Source of the DNA: Candidatus Aminicenantes bacterium
GTDB lineage: Bacteria; Acidobacteriota; Aminicenantia; Aminicenantales; JAFGBC01
Reading direction: 5' to 3'
Assembly: GCA_963702005.1 (NCBI GenBank)
Contig: OY969696.1
Location: 3,072,001-3,136,000 of the forward strand
Length of the DNA stretch: 64,000 bases
The notes under the pieces: generated by a model
What the model was told of the DNA's origin: nothing
Seen by the model: the letters and a program-made list of their open reading frames with translations, nothing else
Databases searched by the model: none
Position numbers and translations under genes: made by a program
Shown here: piece by piece, positions 39,509-49,584 of the stretch
How positions within the stretch are numbered: the first letter of the stretch is position 1
Layout: each line of letters starts with the position of its first letter

Positions 39509-41008
39509 TATTTTCAATCGTTCAAGGCGACGAGCTAGCAATTTAAGAGAAGGTTCCTTTATCTTAAGCGCTTCATTGATAGCCTTCTGACGTAAATTAT
39601 CTGCATTGGAACTATTAGCTAACAATTCCTCTCGAGCGAGGTAAATCATAGCACGAGCCTTTAGCCATGGCTGTGATTCTTTGTAGGCGATTTGTATAGC
39701 CTTATGATATAAATCTCTTCCTTCATTTGGCCTACCTGAACGATATTCTAACAACCCAGAAGTAGCCAAAGCGCAAATTTTAGTTGACAAGGGACAGCGG
39801 CTTAAATCAATTTTCGATAATGCTTTCTTAGCTTCCTCCAGTTTGCCTAGGTGGATAAGACTAAATGCAAGGTTATTTAATAAAGTCGGCTCCTTAGGAA
39901 TAATCCTCAGTGCGGATTCGATTATCTTAGTACCGGATATGTGGTCCTCAAATATTTCACTTGTTAAAAAAGACATATGAATATAAGGTCTTCTAGAAAA
40001 TGGTTCATCAGAAAGCCAAAATCGAGAATGTTCAAGAGATTTTTTCCATTTTCCTTCAAAGTAGGTCATTAAGGCTTTAGCTTCAAATGCACGAATTGGA
40101 TCAAATTTCTTTTCAAGCAGATCCTCAATCGTAACATACCTAGTTGCCCAAACAGCCTGAGCCAATGCATTATCGTTTGGTTTCTGCAATGAAAAAGCGA
40201 AGAGCTTTTTTGCCTTCTTGGAATTTCCTTTCCAGAGTTCCACACTTGCTAAAGCACTAGACAATTCACAAACTTGAAAGGGATCAAGCGATCTGCCATC
40301 AACAATTCTCATGCCAGGCTTTATAAGCTTTGAGCTCTTTTCAAGAATCGAACTAATAGCAATTTCTGTTGCCATGAGCCATGGATCATGCTTAGTTATC
40401 TCCGCGTTTCTTAAAAGATAGTGTGCCTTTTCAGGCTGGTTTAGATGAAGCTCAAGGCGAGCTGCACTTCTTAGAATGTAACGATTTAATGGAGCAAGAT
40501 AGTATGCAATTTGCATTGCTTTTTTGGCCTGCTCCTGTAAACCAAGTATTGTGTACAATCTTGCTAGATCTGCCCATACAAATGCATTGCGTGGTTGATC
40601 AATTCTTTTCTTTTTCATCCGCCTTATTGGCTCATATAAGTCACGTCTATCTGCGGAGATTGGAGCTTGCAAACTATCTTCTAAAGGCATAGGAATCCGC
40701 AGCACCTTGGCTGCAATCGACTTTGCTGCAGTGGAGGAGCCTGAATCTGGCTCTAAAACAAACTTTGCAGCGTCAATAGCCAACTCTGGATGCCCCATTA
40801 CATAAGCAACTCCGAGAAAATCAGTTGCGAACAACAACGTGCGATTGTTGGTCCACTCCTCCTTTTTTTTTAGTATAAATGAGTCTGGCGGCAATGCAGA
40901 AACTAATCGAGTCTCTGTGGGATCTAATTCTCCTGATTGAAGCGCTAGCTGAAATTCCCGCCAGCGAGGGACTATCCTGCGTCGAGTGTTTTCAATATTA
41001 ACTGCCAT
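39506..41008 (-). CDS. Tetratricopeptide-repeat protein
   Basis: 500 aa, helical; NAFVWADLARLYTILG, LLNNLAFSLIHLGKLEEA. Confidence 0.8.
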   Translation of the reverse strand: MAVNIENTRRRIVPRWREFQLALQSGELDPTETRLVSALPPDSFILKKKEEWTNNRTLLFATDFLGVAYVMGHPELAIDAAKFVLEPDSGSSTAAKSIAAKVLRIPMPLEDSLQAPISADRRDLYEPIRRMKKKRIDQPRNAFVWADLARLYTILGLQEQAKKAMQIAYYLAPLNRYILRSAARLELHLNQPEKAHYLLRNAEITKHDPWLMATEIAISSILEKSSKLIKPGMRIVDGRSLDPFQVCELSSALASVELWKGNSKKAKKLFAFSLQKPNDNALAQAVWATRYVTIEDLLEKKFDPIRAFEAKALMTYFEGKWKKSLEHSRFWLSDEPFSRRPYIHMSFLTSEIFEDHISGTKIIESALRIIPKEPTLLNNLAFSLIHLGKLEEAKKALSKIDLSRCPLSTKICALATSGLLEYRSGRPNEGRDLYHKAIQIAYKESQPWLKARAMIYLAREELLANSSNADNLRQKAINEALKIKEPSLKLLARRLERLKI

Positions 41009-42065
41009 GGCTTATGCTTGCTAATAATCCTAATTCGGCACGTTTACCAAGGCGATCAAAAAGAGAGATATATCGCTCAAGGCTGTAGGGATTTGAATGA
41101 CCCCGCCGATTATATGGATGGCCTCGTAATAGCGGATCAGGCTCGCAGAGCTGCTCTATTGTCCTTATCATCTCTTCTTGGATTTCTGGAGGAATCGATT
41201 TTTTTATTTCTTCTAATGCTTTCCCAAACGCATCCCTTACATAAGGTAGAACCTGCCGATAATCTAGCGGCCATACTTCCCAAATATGTTTTGGATGAAG
41301 TTTGTCTCGAAGTATAGCCGTCATCTGGATTCCGCAAAAGAAAAAAACCACCATGCTACCCATGAGATAAAGATCGCACCCATATCGCCGACATTTCCAA
41401 TCAGGTTGCATTTCTCCGTAAAGTAGTTCTGGAGGAGCATAAGATTTTGCTCCTGGTATGCAATATTTGGAGAAAGGAGAAGTAACTTCTAGGCGTTCAG
41501 CTCGCCCCAAGTCTGCCACCTTCATTTGATCTCCCTTAAAAACGAGTACATTTGATGGCTTTAAATCTTGATGAGCTATGCCATGACCATGAAGCTGCCA
41601 GAGACCAACGGCGATATGATGTAGGGATTTGAGTATCCATGCGAGGTCGAAAGCTTGTGCTGCTTTGGGGTGAGAGCGAATATCCCCTTCAGCCAGATCG
41701 AAGATTAAGAACTGCACTGCGTAGGCTCCTCCGGGCAGCTCTATCTTTCCCTCATCCAAAGCTGTGACGACACGACTCATCTTTTTTTCTCTGCAACGGG
41801 CTAGGATATCTCTCTCAAAGTTGAACGCTTCGGTCATCGCTTGAAATGCTCTTGCTGGATCTGGGGACTTGAGCGCCTCTGAGAAGTCTAATGCCTTCAG
41901 GAAAGCTTTTTGTCCTGCTGAGTTTTCAATGATATAACCAACTGAGAAACTCATTCCTGTGGCTCTCTTTGGACGGATAAGCTTTTCTATTACTTTCCAA
42001 TCATCATTTACTATTTGACCAGTTAACTCGTGAGCTGGATTCTTAATCGATATGTTATTTTTCAT
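40998..42065 (-). CDS. Hanks-type Ser/Thr protein kinase
   Basis: AFLKAL, HQDLKPSN, ADLG, YAPPE, DLYLMG. Confidence 0.92.
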   Translation of the reverse strand: MKNNISIKNPAHELTGQIVNDDWKVIEKLIRPKRATGMSFSVGYIIENSAGQKAFLKALDFSEALKSPDPARAFQAMTEAFNFERDILARCREKKMSRVVTALDEGKIELPGGAYAVQFLIFDLAEGDIRSHPKAAQAFDLAWILKSLHHIAVGLWQLHGHGIAHQDLKPSNVLVFKGDQMKVADLGRAERLEVTSPFSKYCIPGAKSYAPPELLYGEMQPDWKCRRYGCDLYLMGSMVVFFFCGIQMTAILRDKLHPKHIWEVWPLDYRQVLPYVRDAFGKALEEIKKSIPPEIQEEMIRTIEQLCEPDPLLRGHPYNRRGHSNPYSLERYISLFDRLGKRAELGLLASISHGS

Positions 42066-42172
42066 CGGACATAAATCTCATAAGTAATAAGATAACATGA
42101 TGATGTGATGCTCCTCCTCCCGACGTTTATAATAGACTTCCGGTTGGAAATTTATTTTTAGGAGCTGCACAG

Positions 42173-42211
42173 ATGAATTATGCCGGTATTGACCATCATC
42201 GTCAATATTAG
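42173..42211 (+). pseudogene. IS110-family transposase N-terminal stub
   Basis: AGGAG RBS followed by MNYAGIDHHRQY*. Confidence 0.55.
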
Positions 42212-42332
42212 AAGTTCTTCATTATATGTCCAGCTAATGATAACGTTTGAATATCAGTATTATCCGCATCTCTTCTACGTCCAGTTTAATACGCTGCAAT
42301 TCTTAATTCCCATCTATTTCTTGGCGGTCTTT

Positions 42333-42992
42333 ATGCCTAAAAAGCTTGAGCAATTTGATACGGAGAAGGATGAGTGGTACAAACAGCCGAGGCTTTACAT
42401 AGATACGAAGAGCCTTGCCTATTCTCTTTACGAGGAGGGAACGGAGTTTAAATCCTTCCTTTCCAGGGACCTATCGAAAAAATTCGTCGATGGGCTTGAT
42501 TCGCTTCTCGACAACGGGAATAGCGAGAAAAAGGAAAGACTGAAGAAGCATAACGGCAACGGCTCTGACATGGGCGCGCTGCTAAAGTCGAACGGCAAGA
42601 TTAGGAAGCCGGTTATAAGCTTCTTCTCTGATAAGGCGCGGGTCCTTAGGGAAGAAATAGAGAAAATAAATCAGGACATGGAATCCAGAAAGGTAATACA
42701 CAGAGAAACGCAGCAAGACGTTTTTGCTGATTCGAAAGAGATCAAAAGGCTTCTCCAAGAAATCTCGCTGTATTCGCCTGGGACGAAACACTCGATTGAC
42801 CTGCGACGCATCGAGCTTGAGCGGGAGATGCTCGGCCTGCGGAAGGAATTGAGAATTTCGGGTCTCTCACTATGGAAAGATATCGTAATGCTCCGCCGCG
42901 AGCTCAGAGAAATAATCTTCGAATACCAGGCGCTAAAGCGCATGGCGGAGCTGGTCGAGAACGGAGGCGGGGCGCATGGCGTTTCAGGATGA
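42333..42992 (+). CDS. Coiled-coil hypothetical protein coupled to the ATPase gene
   Basis: Start MPKKLEQF; overlaps 42976. Confidence 0.7.
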   Translation: MPKKLEQFDTEKDEWYKQPRLYIDTKSLAYSLYEEGTEFKSFLSRDLSKKFVDGLDSLLDNGNSEKKERLKKHNGNGSDMGALLKSNGKIRKPVISFFSDKARVLREEIEKINQDMESRKVIHRETQQDVFADSKEIKRLLQEISLYSPGTKHSIDLRRIELEREMLGLRKELRISGLSLWKDIVMLRRELREIIFEYQALKRMAELVENGGGAHGVSG

Positions 42993-45021
42993 GATCGAAT
43001 CCCTTTTTCGCAAGCTTAAGCCGGTTCTGGGGAAGGATATCGATACCCTGTGGCTGGCTTACAATACTCAAACCGACCCGCGTTCGAGGGCAGAGATCGT
43101 CGGGATTCTGTTTTCCCTAGCTTCAAAGTATCTTGACGAGACATACGACAAGAAAGTTCTTCTAAGCCTGCCGGAGAAGGACAACATTTCTGGGGAATAC
43201 GAGCTCGGAAGGGTCGTTTACGGAGACCAGGAATATCATCCCTTTGGCCTACGCGAGAACGAATGGCTGAGGCACGTCGGCATATTCGGGACGACCGGCT
43301 CAGGGAAAACAAATTGCGCCTTTGTTCTTCTCTCTGTCCTACAAAAGATGAAGAAGCCTTTCCTTATCTTTGACTGGAAGAGGAATTATCGAGATCTTGT
43401 CGTCCTCGGCGATTTCTCCAGCCTGAAAATCTATACAATTGGCCGCGATACCTCTTCTCTCTTCTTCAATCCCCTGATTCCTCCTGCAGGGACGAAGCCG
43501 CAGGAGTGGCTGAAAAAGGTGATTGAGGTCATGTGCCATGCTTATTTCCTCGGCGAAGGCGTAGCTTTCCTCCTGCAAAAAGCGATTGACATGGCATATT
43601 CAGACTTCGGAGTTTATTCTGATTCGCCAGACGAATATCCGACTTTCAAAGACGTGCTTGCAATTCTTGAAAAGATGGAGGTCAAAGGCAGGAAGGCGCT
43701 GTGGATGGACTCGACGCTTCGAACGCTTGGCGTACTCTGCTTCGGCGAATTTGGCCGCGTCCTGAACGTGAGAAAGCCTTATCCGCTTGCCAATTTGTTG
43801 AAGGAAAATGTGATTCTGGAGCTCGATGCGCTGACGAATTCCGACAAGACGTTTTTCATCGAGGCGCTGCTGCTGTGGATTCACCATTACAGGCTCTCGG
43901 AGGGCGAAAGAGAGGTTTTCAAGCACGCGATTGTCATTGAAGAAGCTCATCACATCCTGCTTCGTAAAAAGCAGGAAATGACAGGAACGGAAGCGATAAC
44001 GGACATCATCCTTCGAGAGATCCGTGAGCTCGGCGAAGCGATAATCCTGATTGACCAGCATCCATCGCTTATTTCTCTGCCGGCGCTTGGAAACACATAC
44101 ACGACCATTTGCTTCGGCCTGAAGCACAGGGCGGACATGTATACGATAAGCGAATCATTGCTTCTCGAAAAGGACCAGGTCGATTTCCTGGGCCAGCTTG
44201 AAACGGGCCTGGCCATCGTCAAGCTCCAGGGCCGCTACTTCAAGCCCTTCCTTGTGCGCTTCCCTCTGTTTCCCATACGGAAAGGCGTCGTTTCCGATTC
44301 CGACCTTCTGAGGCGGAATGGAAGTCATTTGCAAGAAAGCGAGGTTGTCAGGCTCAAGCGCGGCCTCGACGGGCTTGTCAGGTCGCTTGAAGGTTTGGTT
44401 AATAAGGAGGGGGCGGAGGTTGTTTTAACTGAAGATGAGAGGCGATTCCTAGCGGACATCGCCAGAAATCCGATATCGGGCGTCGTTGCACGATATGCGA
44501 GGATAGGGATAAACAGATATCAGGGAAATCATATCCAGGGAAAGCTCCTTGAGAAAAAGCTTATTTCCTGGAGGCCTGTTGCCACCAGGAAAGGCCGCCT
44601 AAAGGTGTTCGTGCTGACGGACGAGGGGAAGAAAGCGATTCCCGACGTTCGCGTCGAAAAGGTCTTCCATAAGGCTGGAAGTTTCGAGCATGAGTCGGCG
44701 AAGCTTAAGGCCGGCGAGCATTACAGGCGGAAAGGCTACGCCGTGACCTACGAATATAAGCTCCCTGGCGGGCGGGCGGTGGACGTCGTCGCTGAGAAAG
44801 ACGGGAAGAGGATAGCGATAGAAATTGAGACGGGCAAAAGCGACTCGCTTTATAACATCAGGAAGGATCTGGAGGCGGGGTTTGAGGAGGTGCTGGTCAT
44901 CGCACTCGATAAAAGAACGAAGGATTCAATTGAGCGGGACACGAATAATCTCGATATTACTTTCCCACATCGCAAAAAGGTGATTATTGCGTCTGAAACC
45001 GTTGTTCAGAACTTAATCTGA
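42976..45021 (+). CDS. HerA/DUF87-like ATPase with C-terminal wHTH and PD-(D/E)XK-like domain
   Basis: GTTGSGKT, IFDWKRNY, IVIEEAH, RELGE...DQHP; tail SFEH...AVDVVAEK...IAIEIETG. Confidence 0.9.
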   Translation: MAFQDEIESLFRKLKPVLGKDIDTLWLAYNTQTDPRSRAEIVGILFSLASKYLDETYDKKVLLSLPEKDNISGEYELGRVVYGDQEYHPFGLRENEWLRHVGIFGTTGSGKTNCAFVLLSVLQKMKKPFLIFDWKRNYRDLVVLGDFSSLKIYTIGRDTSSLFFNPLIPPAGTKPQEWLKKVIEVMCHAYFLGEGVAFLLQKAIDMAYSDFGVYSDSPDEYPTFKDVLAILEKMEVKGRKALWMDSTLRTLGVLCFGEFGRVLNVRKPYPLANLLKENVILELDALTNSDKTFFIEALLLWIHHYRLSEGEREVFKHAIVIEEAHHILLRKKQEMTGTEAITDIILREIRELGEAIILIDQHPSLISLPALGNTYTTICFGLKHRADMYTISESLLLEKDQVDFLGQLETGLAIVKLQGRYFKPFLVRFPLFPIRKGVVSDSDLLRRNGSHLQESEVVRLKRGLDGLVRSLEGLVNKEGAEVVLTEDERRFLADIARNPISGVVARYARIGINRYQGNHIQGKLLEKKLISWRPVATRKGRLKVFVLTDEGKKAIPDVRVEKVFHKAGSFEHESAKLKAGEHYRRKGYAVTYEYKLPGGRAVDVVAEKDGKRIAIEIETGKSDSLYNIRKDLEAGFEEVLVIALDKRTKDSIERDTNNLDITFPHRKKVIIASETVVQNLI

Positions 45022-46689
45022 CATTGTCCTTACAGCAGTCTCCCTTACCCCGGCTAATCGCGCAGAAATCTCGTTCACGCATCGACCTAACCTAATCGGA
45101 ATTGCCTTGCCTTCTTTAAACTTCACTAGCGCATCTCTATCGTCTCGATATTCGTTTAATTGTGAGTGATCTTTGATATAGCTTTCTAAAACTAGGCAAT
45201 AAGGCGCTGCTTGTCTGTTATCCACATCTAGGTCGGCGAGCTTTTCAATAGCATGAGCCAAATAGTTTATCAGTAGGCAGTGTTCTTGATCGCCAACGAA
45301 ATATACGTCGCCTTCCCCCACTCCAGCCCTCGCCTGAAAACGGAAGGGATCTTCAGAAATTGAATCCAGCATAAGCAGATGATACATCGAGAGTGCTGTC
45401 GAAAACATGCAACCTGAGAAATTATCGAAATAAGCGGAAAGCTTGTCGCCCGCATTTTCTTCTTTGGGTGAAATCTTGCCCCCGAACAGAATTGACCAGT
45501 TCTTGGGGACTGCGGTAATCCGCTTAAACCATTCATGGTATTTCCTCAGGACGGGAGAGGAAATATTCCTCGTCAAGAAATCCAGAATATAGGAACTCTT
45601 CTTAATGTCATAAAAAGATATATGACTCCGGGGACTTTCGTATCCCATGACATTTCGCTGATGAGCCAAGAAATAAGTGAAATCGAATTTTCCAAGCAAA
45701 GCCCTGTTCCATAGACCCACTTCGTCCAATATCTTTTGAAGAGTGCCTATCAGCACGTCGTCGGCAGGCACTTTTTCTCTAAGGGCGCATGACTTTAGCT
45801 CATGCATAGAAATTAAAAGACTTTCCAACTCCTTAAGCATTGCGCTCTTAGAAATTCCCGGTTCGGGAAATAGCTTCATCTGCCTGGAAAACTCCATAGT
45901 GAGGAGCCTAATGACCTCCCACGTCTTCAACAGGTAAGAGGATACGCCTTCAACGAGATCGTATAGAATCGAATCAGGCGGAAACGTGCGCACTCTAGCC
46001 AATAAATTCTTCCTCAGTATTGATTTTATGCCACTTCCCAAGCGCTCTTTTATCAACCCCGAACTTTTTAGCAATGCTATTTTTTCTTTGAGCGAACCGA
46101 CGGTATCTGTTATTTTCTTATCCGTCTCTTGTTTGCGTCTTTCTATGGTTTCCGGTTTTTGAGGCCGCTCAAGATAGAACGTCTTCCTTACGTAATCGTA
46201 TATATCGCTGGCTATTATCTCCAAATCGCCTATAAGAAAACTCATCCCGCCATCGTCATTCCTGAACATGTCAATAAATGTCAGGTTGGAAAGCCCTCCT
46301 TCGGTTTTCCAGATGTCGATTAATTCGGCGATTGTGCTTTCGTATTGGAACAAGTACGCCTTTGTTCTGAGAATGTCGATTTTGTTCATAAACCTATCAG
46401 TGTATGTAAAAGCTGTTCCATCGCCAGTGGTTTCCTTGTCATAATAACGTGATTCGAGCGATTCCAGAACGAGAGGAGGCCTTTCTACGACCAGAAAATT
46501 GGGTTGCCATAGATTGACGGAGCCTCGCCGGAAGATCTTGGTATCCATGTATTCTATGGATACATTCAAAATATTTCGAGAAATGGAGAGCATTTTCTCT
46601 ACGGCACCAAGGGGAACTTTCTTCTCTCCCTTCAATCTTTCCGATGTATAGGAAGTCAGTGCAATGAATTCGGTAATTTGATTTTCCAT
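45013..46689 (-). CDS. Hypothetical protein with C-terminal class III nucleotide cyclase-like domain
   Basis: FYDIKKSS, NAGDKLSAYF, QARAGVGEGDV and LIN, in class III cyclase order. Confidence 0.6.
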   Translation of the reverse strand: MENQITEFIALTSYTSERLKGEKKVPLGAVEKMLSISRNILNVSIEYMDTKIFRRGSVNLWQPNFLVVERPPLVLESLESRYYDKETTGDGTAFTYTDRFMNKIDILRTKAYLFQYESTIAELIDIWKTEGGLSNLTFIDMFRNDDGGMSFLIGDLEIIASDIYDYVRKTFYLERPQKPETIERRKQETDKKITDTVGSLKEKIALLKSSGLIKERLGSGIKSILRKNLLARVRTFPPDSILYDLVEGVSSYLLKTWEVIRLLTMEFSRQMKLFPEPGISKSAMLKELESLLISMHELKSCALREKVPADDVLIGTLQKILDEVGLWNRALLGKFDFTYFLAHQRNVMGYESPRSHISFYDIKKSSYILDFLTRNISSPVLRKYHEWFKRITAVPKNWSILFGGKISPKEENAGDKLSAYFDNFSGCMFSTALSMYHLLMLDSISEDPFRFQARAGVGEGDVYFVGDQEHCLLINYLAHAIEKLADLDVDNRQAAPYCLVLESYIKDHSQLNEYRDDRDALVKFKEGKAIPIRLGRCVNEISARLAGVRETAVRTMSD

Positions 46690-46698
46690 TTCTTGTCG

Positions 46699-48036
46699 CT
46701 AGAGATAAAGACGGACGGTGCCCGCCTCCGACATCCTGTAGCTTCTCTTGGCCTCGTGTGCGCCATTGCGTTGACGAACATCAAACATCGGGCTGCAGTA
46801 CCCATAATCATTCAGAACTTCGACGCCAATCGAAACCTCAAGCCGAGATCGTCCTGTTTGCTCCGTCAGTTCCCCAATATCTCTTCCGACAGATTTCCAA
46901 AAGTACAGATTCTTTTCAGATTTGTTTTCCTCGCGATAGTTGGAATCAAGGACCCGCATGAGATCCTTTGTCAAAGATTGAATGTCATCCGGATAGACAG
47001 CATCGCCGGTTGCATCGTCCTTTAATAATATAACATTCGCCTGATTATCTGCACTCCCCGCATAAGACTTCCACAAGCTTTCCAATTCGATGGCGACGCG
47101 TTTTCCGAAATATTGTTCCAAACGGGGCATCTCCATGCGGAAGTCCGTAAGAGCTATTCCGCACTTGCCTATGTCCGAGATCAAGTTCCGCGCCTGCCTT
47201 AATCGCGTAGAAAGCGAGAAGCTCTCATAGAGATTCCTCGTCTTTACTTCTCCGTCTTGCCAGGGTTTTGACAGGATTTTTTCGGATTCTCTCCAAAGCG
47301 GATCAGAAACGCTAAGGTCGGGAGCGATGAGCAGCGAAGGGAAGTATTGTGCAGAAATCCTCATCACATGCCCGCTCGCATCTACATTGAAGCGAATCTT
47401 ATTTGAGCATGAATCCCTCGCGATTCTAGTATCCACTTCAGGAGACCAGGAGGGATAATGCACGCTCCAAGTCTTGCACATGGGGTGGCGCTTATACTCT
47501 ACGACGTAACCAGCGTATTTCGATATATCAAGAAGCGCCTCTGCACTATCGTTATCTCGCAAGTAAGCCGAGAATAAAAGGTGATCGGGATTCGACGGCC
47601 TGAACTTAAGTGAAAGCTGTGATAATTCCTCTATGAGATTCTCAAGTTGCTCTTTCTTCAGAATCGTCGAGAAATTTATGCCGTCTATGTGTCTATATTC
47701 CCTAGCTTCTTCGCTGTCGAACAACGCAAATGCATATTTGCCTACGTCGCTCAGACCTTTTTTTGCTAAGTCGTTGGCGAGTGCATTTATCGTTTTACCT
47801 GTAAAAACCGCATCGTCGATGATTGCCGCCCTTTTTCCATTAATTTCTTTTGGCTCAAGGAAATCAATGGCTCTACTATACATAATTTTCGGTCTTGAAT
47901 GATCTAGAGACGAAATTACTTCATTGAGAACGAGCGCTCCCTTCGATTCAATCGGGATAATGAAATCATAATTTTGGGATAGTACCTCTGATTCCAAGAA
48001 CTCCTTGAACTGAGGAAAAAGCTCCGACATATTCAT
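46699..48036 (-). CDS. Type I phosphoribosyltransferase-domain protein with C-terminal wHTH
   Basis: IIPIESKG; PRPP loop AAIIDDAVFTGKTI; tail DIGELTEQTG...VEVLNDYGY. Confidence 0.75.
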   Translation of the reverse strand: MNMSELFPQFKEFLESEVLSQNYDFIIPIESKGALVLNEVISSLDHSRPKIMYSRAIDFLEPKEINGKRAAIIDDAVFTGKTINALANDLAKKGLSDVGKYAFALFDSEEAREYRHIDGINFSTILKKEQLENLIEELSQLSLKFRPSNPDHLLFSAYLRDNDSAEALLDISKYAGYVVEYKRHPMCKTWSVHYPSWSPEVDTRIARDSCSNKIRFNVDASGHVMRISAQYFPSLLIAPDLSVSDPLWRESEKILSKPWQDGEVKTRNLYESFSLSTRLRQARNLISDIGKCGIALTDFRMEMPRLEQYFGKRVAIELESLWKSYAGSADNQANVILLKDDATGDAVYPDDIQSLTKDLMRVLDSNYREENKSEKNLYFWKSVGRDIGELTEQTGRSRLEVSIGVEVLNDYGYCSPMFDVRQRNGAHEAKRSYRMSEAGTVRLYL

Positions 48037-48119
48037 TGAAATATTCCCTTCGTTTTATAAAAGCATATTCTCCCGCCCCGTTACTGAAGTGGACACTGAT
48101 GTCTAGATTATCCAACGAT

Positions 48120-49373
48120 TTAGTCGTTGTCAAGAACGGCGTCCCGTCCAGGCACGATAAAAGCCAAGACGCTCAGAATGAGCTCTCTGTTCGGGTCGTC
48201 CGGTTGACGAAGGACAAAGCGGAATTCCGTCTCACCCGTCCTGCCTACGTCTCTCTTATAGCAAGCATGAGCCCGGACGACATCGGGTATTTTCGCTAAA
48301 ACGTCGCTAAACCTCTTCCCCCGGTAAAAAAGAATGATCGCCGTCTTAGTGTCCCTCCAGCTTGCGTAACCGAGGATTTGATCGATGGTTTCGGAAAAGG
48401 CTTTTTCGCCTTTCCAGAATTTGCACTCTGCGATGAAGGCATTCCTGCCTTCGTGCCTGATAAGGATGTCGGTTTTGCCGCTGTAATTAAATGTTTCGCC
48501 CGTTGCGGCGCCTTCATATTGGGCGTTGAGCTGGATGAGAAAGTGCTGGCGCAAATCTTCTTCCTTCATGCCCTCAAAAGCGCTCGGACTCCTTTCAAGC
48601 ACCAAAGCCATGTTCTTCACGATGGACAGAATGTTTTCGTATTCGGCCATTTCCAGGGCGGGCTCTGGAGCAAACGGCTTGCTTGTTGCCGTCGGCCTTG
48701 CTATTCTTGGCTTTCTCTTTACCTCAGGTATAGCATACGTCCTAGGCATGTCTTCACGCTTCCTGACGGGAATGCCAAGTTTCTCTACCAAATCGAGGTC
48801 CTTTAGTATCTTCCGCTTGCGCAGCCTGAATGCCTCCCGTATGAAAGGCTCAAACTCTTTGTTGAAGCCTTCTATGTTGCTCCTGACCCAGCCAAGATAT
48901 TGCTGAATGTCGCTGATCCTTCTTGATATCTCTTTTCCCAGCTCCTCGGCGTTCGGTTCAGTTTGCTGATAAACGAGGCACACTTCCTGGCCGACGACTT
49001 CTCCTCGCGGAGGGCTCATGGTGTAGGGGCTCGGAGTATATTTAAAGAACGTGCCGTCTCCGCTGAACGGAACCGAAACAGTCAGCGTGACGCCTTTGAC
49101 ATAGCACGGACGGCTCCTGTCAAAAACGGCTCTCATCCTGTCCTGGCTGACGTCGATGTCCACGTCGGAGGGCGCAGAAATGCACTTGTTATCCGGGTCG
49201 AGGATTGGGGGTTCGATCGAATACTTGTCCGCAAAATGCCTGACGAAGTCTTCCTCGCTCGAATTCAGAAGAGAGTTCGTCTCGATGGCCTCGACTTCTT
49301 TCTTTGCATGCTCCTTGACCGCCTCAATATAATCCCTCAATTCCCCATGGCCATAAAATAGAAGCTCCTGCAT
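48120..49373 (-). CDS. Protein with C-terminal PD-(D/E)XK restriction-endonuclease-like domain
   Basis: EEDLR...GKTDILI...FIAECKFW...IDQILGY. Confidence 0.75.
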   Translation of the reverse strand: MQELLFYGHGELRDYIEAVKEHAKKEVEAIETNSLLNSSEEDFVRHFADKYSIEPPILDPDNKCISAPSDVDIDVSQDRMRAVFDRSRPCYVKGVTLTVSVPFSGDGTFFKYTPSPYTMSPPRGEVVGQEVCLVYQQTEPNAEELGKEISRRISDIQQYLGWVRSNIEGFNKEFEPFIREAFRLRKRKILKDLDLVEKLGIPVRKREDMPRTYAIPEVKRKPRIARPTATSKPFAPEPALEMAEYENILSIVKNMALVLERSPSAFEGMKEEDLRQHFLIQLNAQYEGAATGETFNYSGKTDILIRHEGRNAFIAECKFWKGEKAFSETIDQILGYASWRDTKTAIILFYRGKRFSDVLAKIPDVVRAHACYKRDVGRTGETEFRFVLRQPDDPNRELILSVLAFIVPGRDAVLDND

Positions 49374-49584
49374 TAGATGCCTCTTGCCTAATCTCATTTG
49401 AAAGATAGCAATATAAACGATGCGAGTCAATTTGAAACATGCTGCATTCCCGTCTTCAGATAGGTGCCCCGGATGCCGGCGGCAACTTTATAAACCCGCT
49501 TGACCATAATTTAATCAATTATTCTCGCTAGCGTTCCGCAAGGGACGTTAGAAAATATCCGCTATAGCTTGACGAGGGCTTGGA

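Noticed and set aside
42180-42332. N-terminal extension of the 270-aa ORF
   Set aside because: It overlaps the IS110 stub and AT-rich intergenic DNA; ATG 42333 is more plausible.
45013-46689. Canonical Pycsar
   Set aside because: No adjacent cNMP-binding TIR/TM effector; the cyclase-like domain is C-terminal and divergent.
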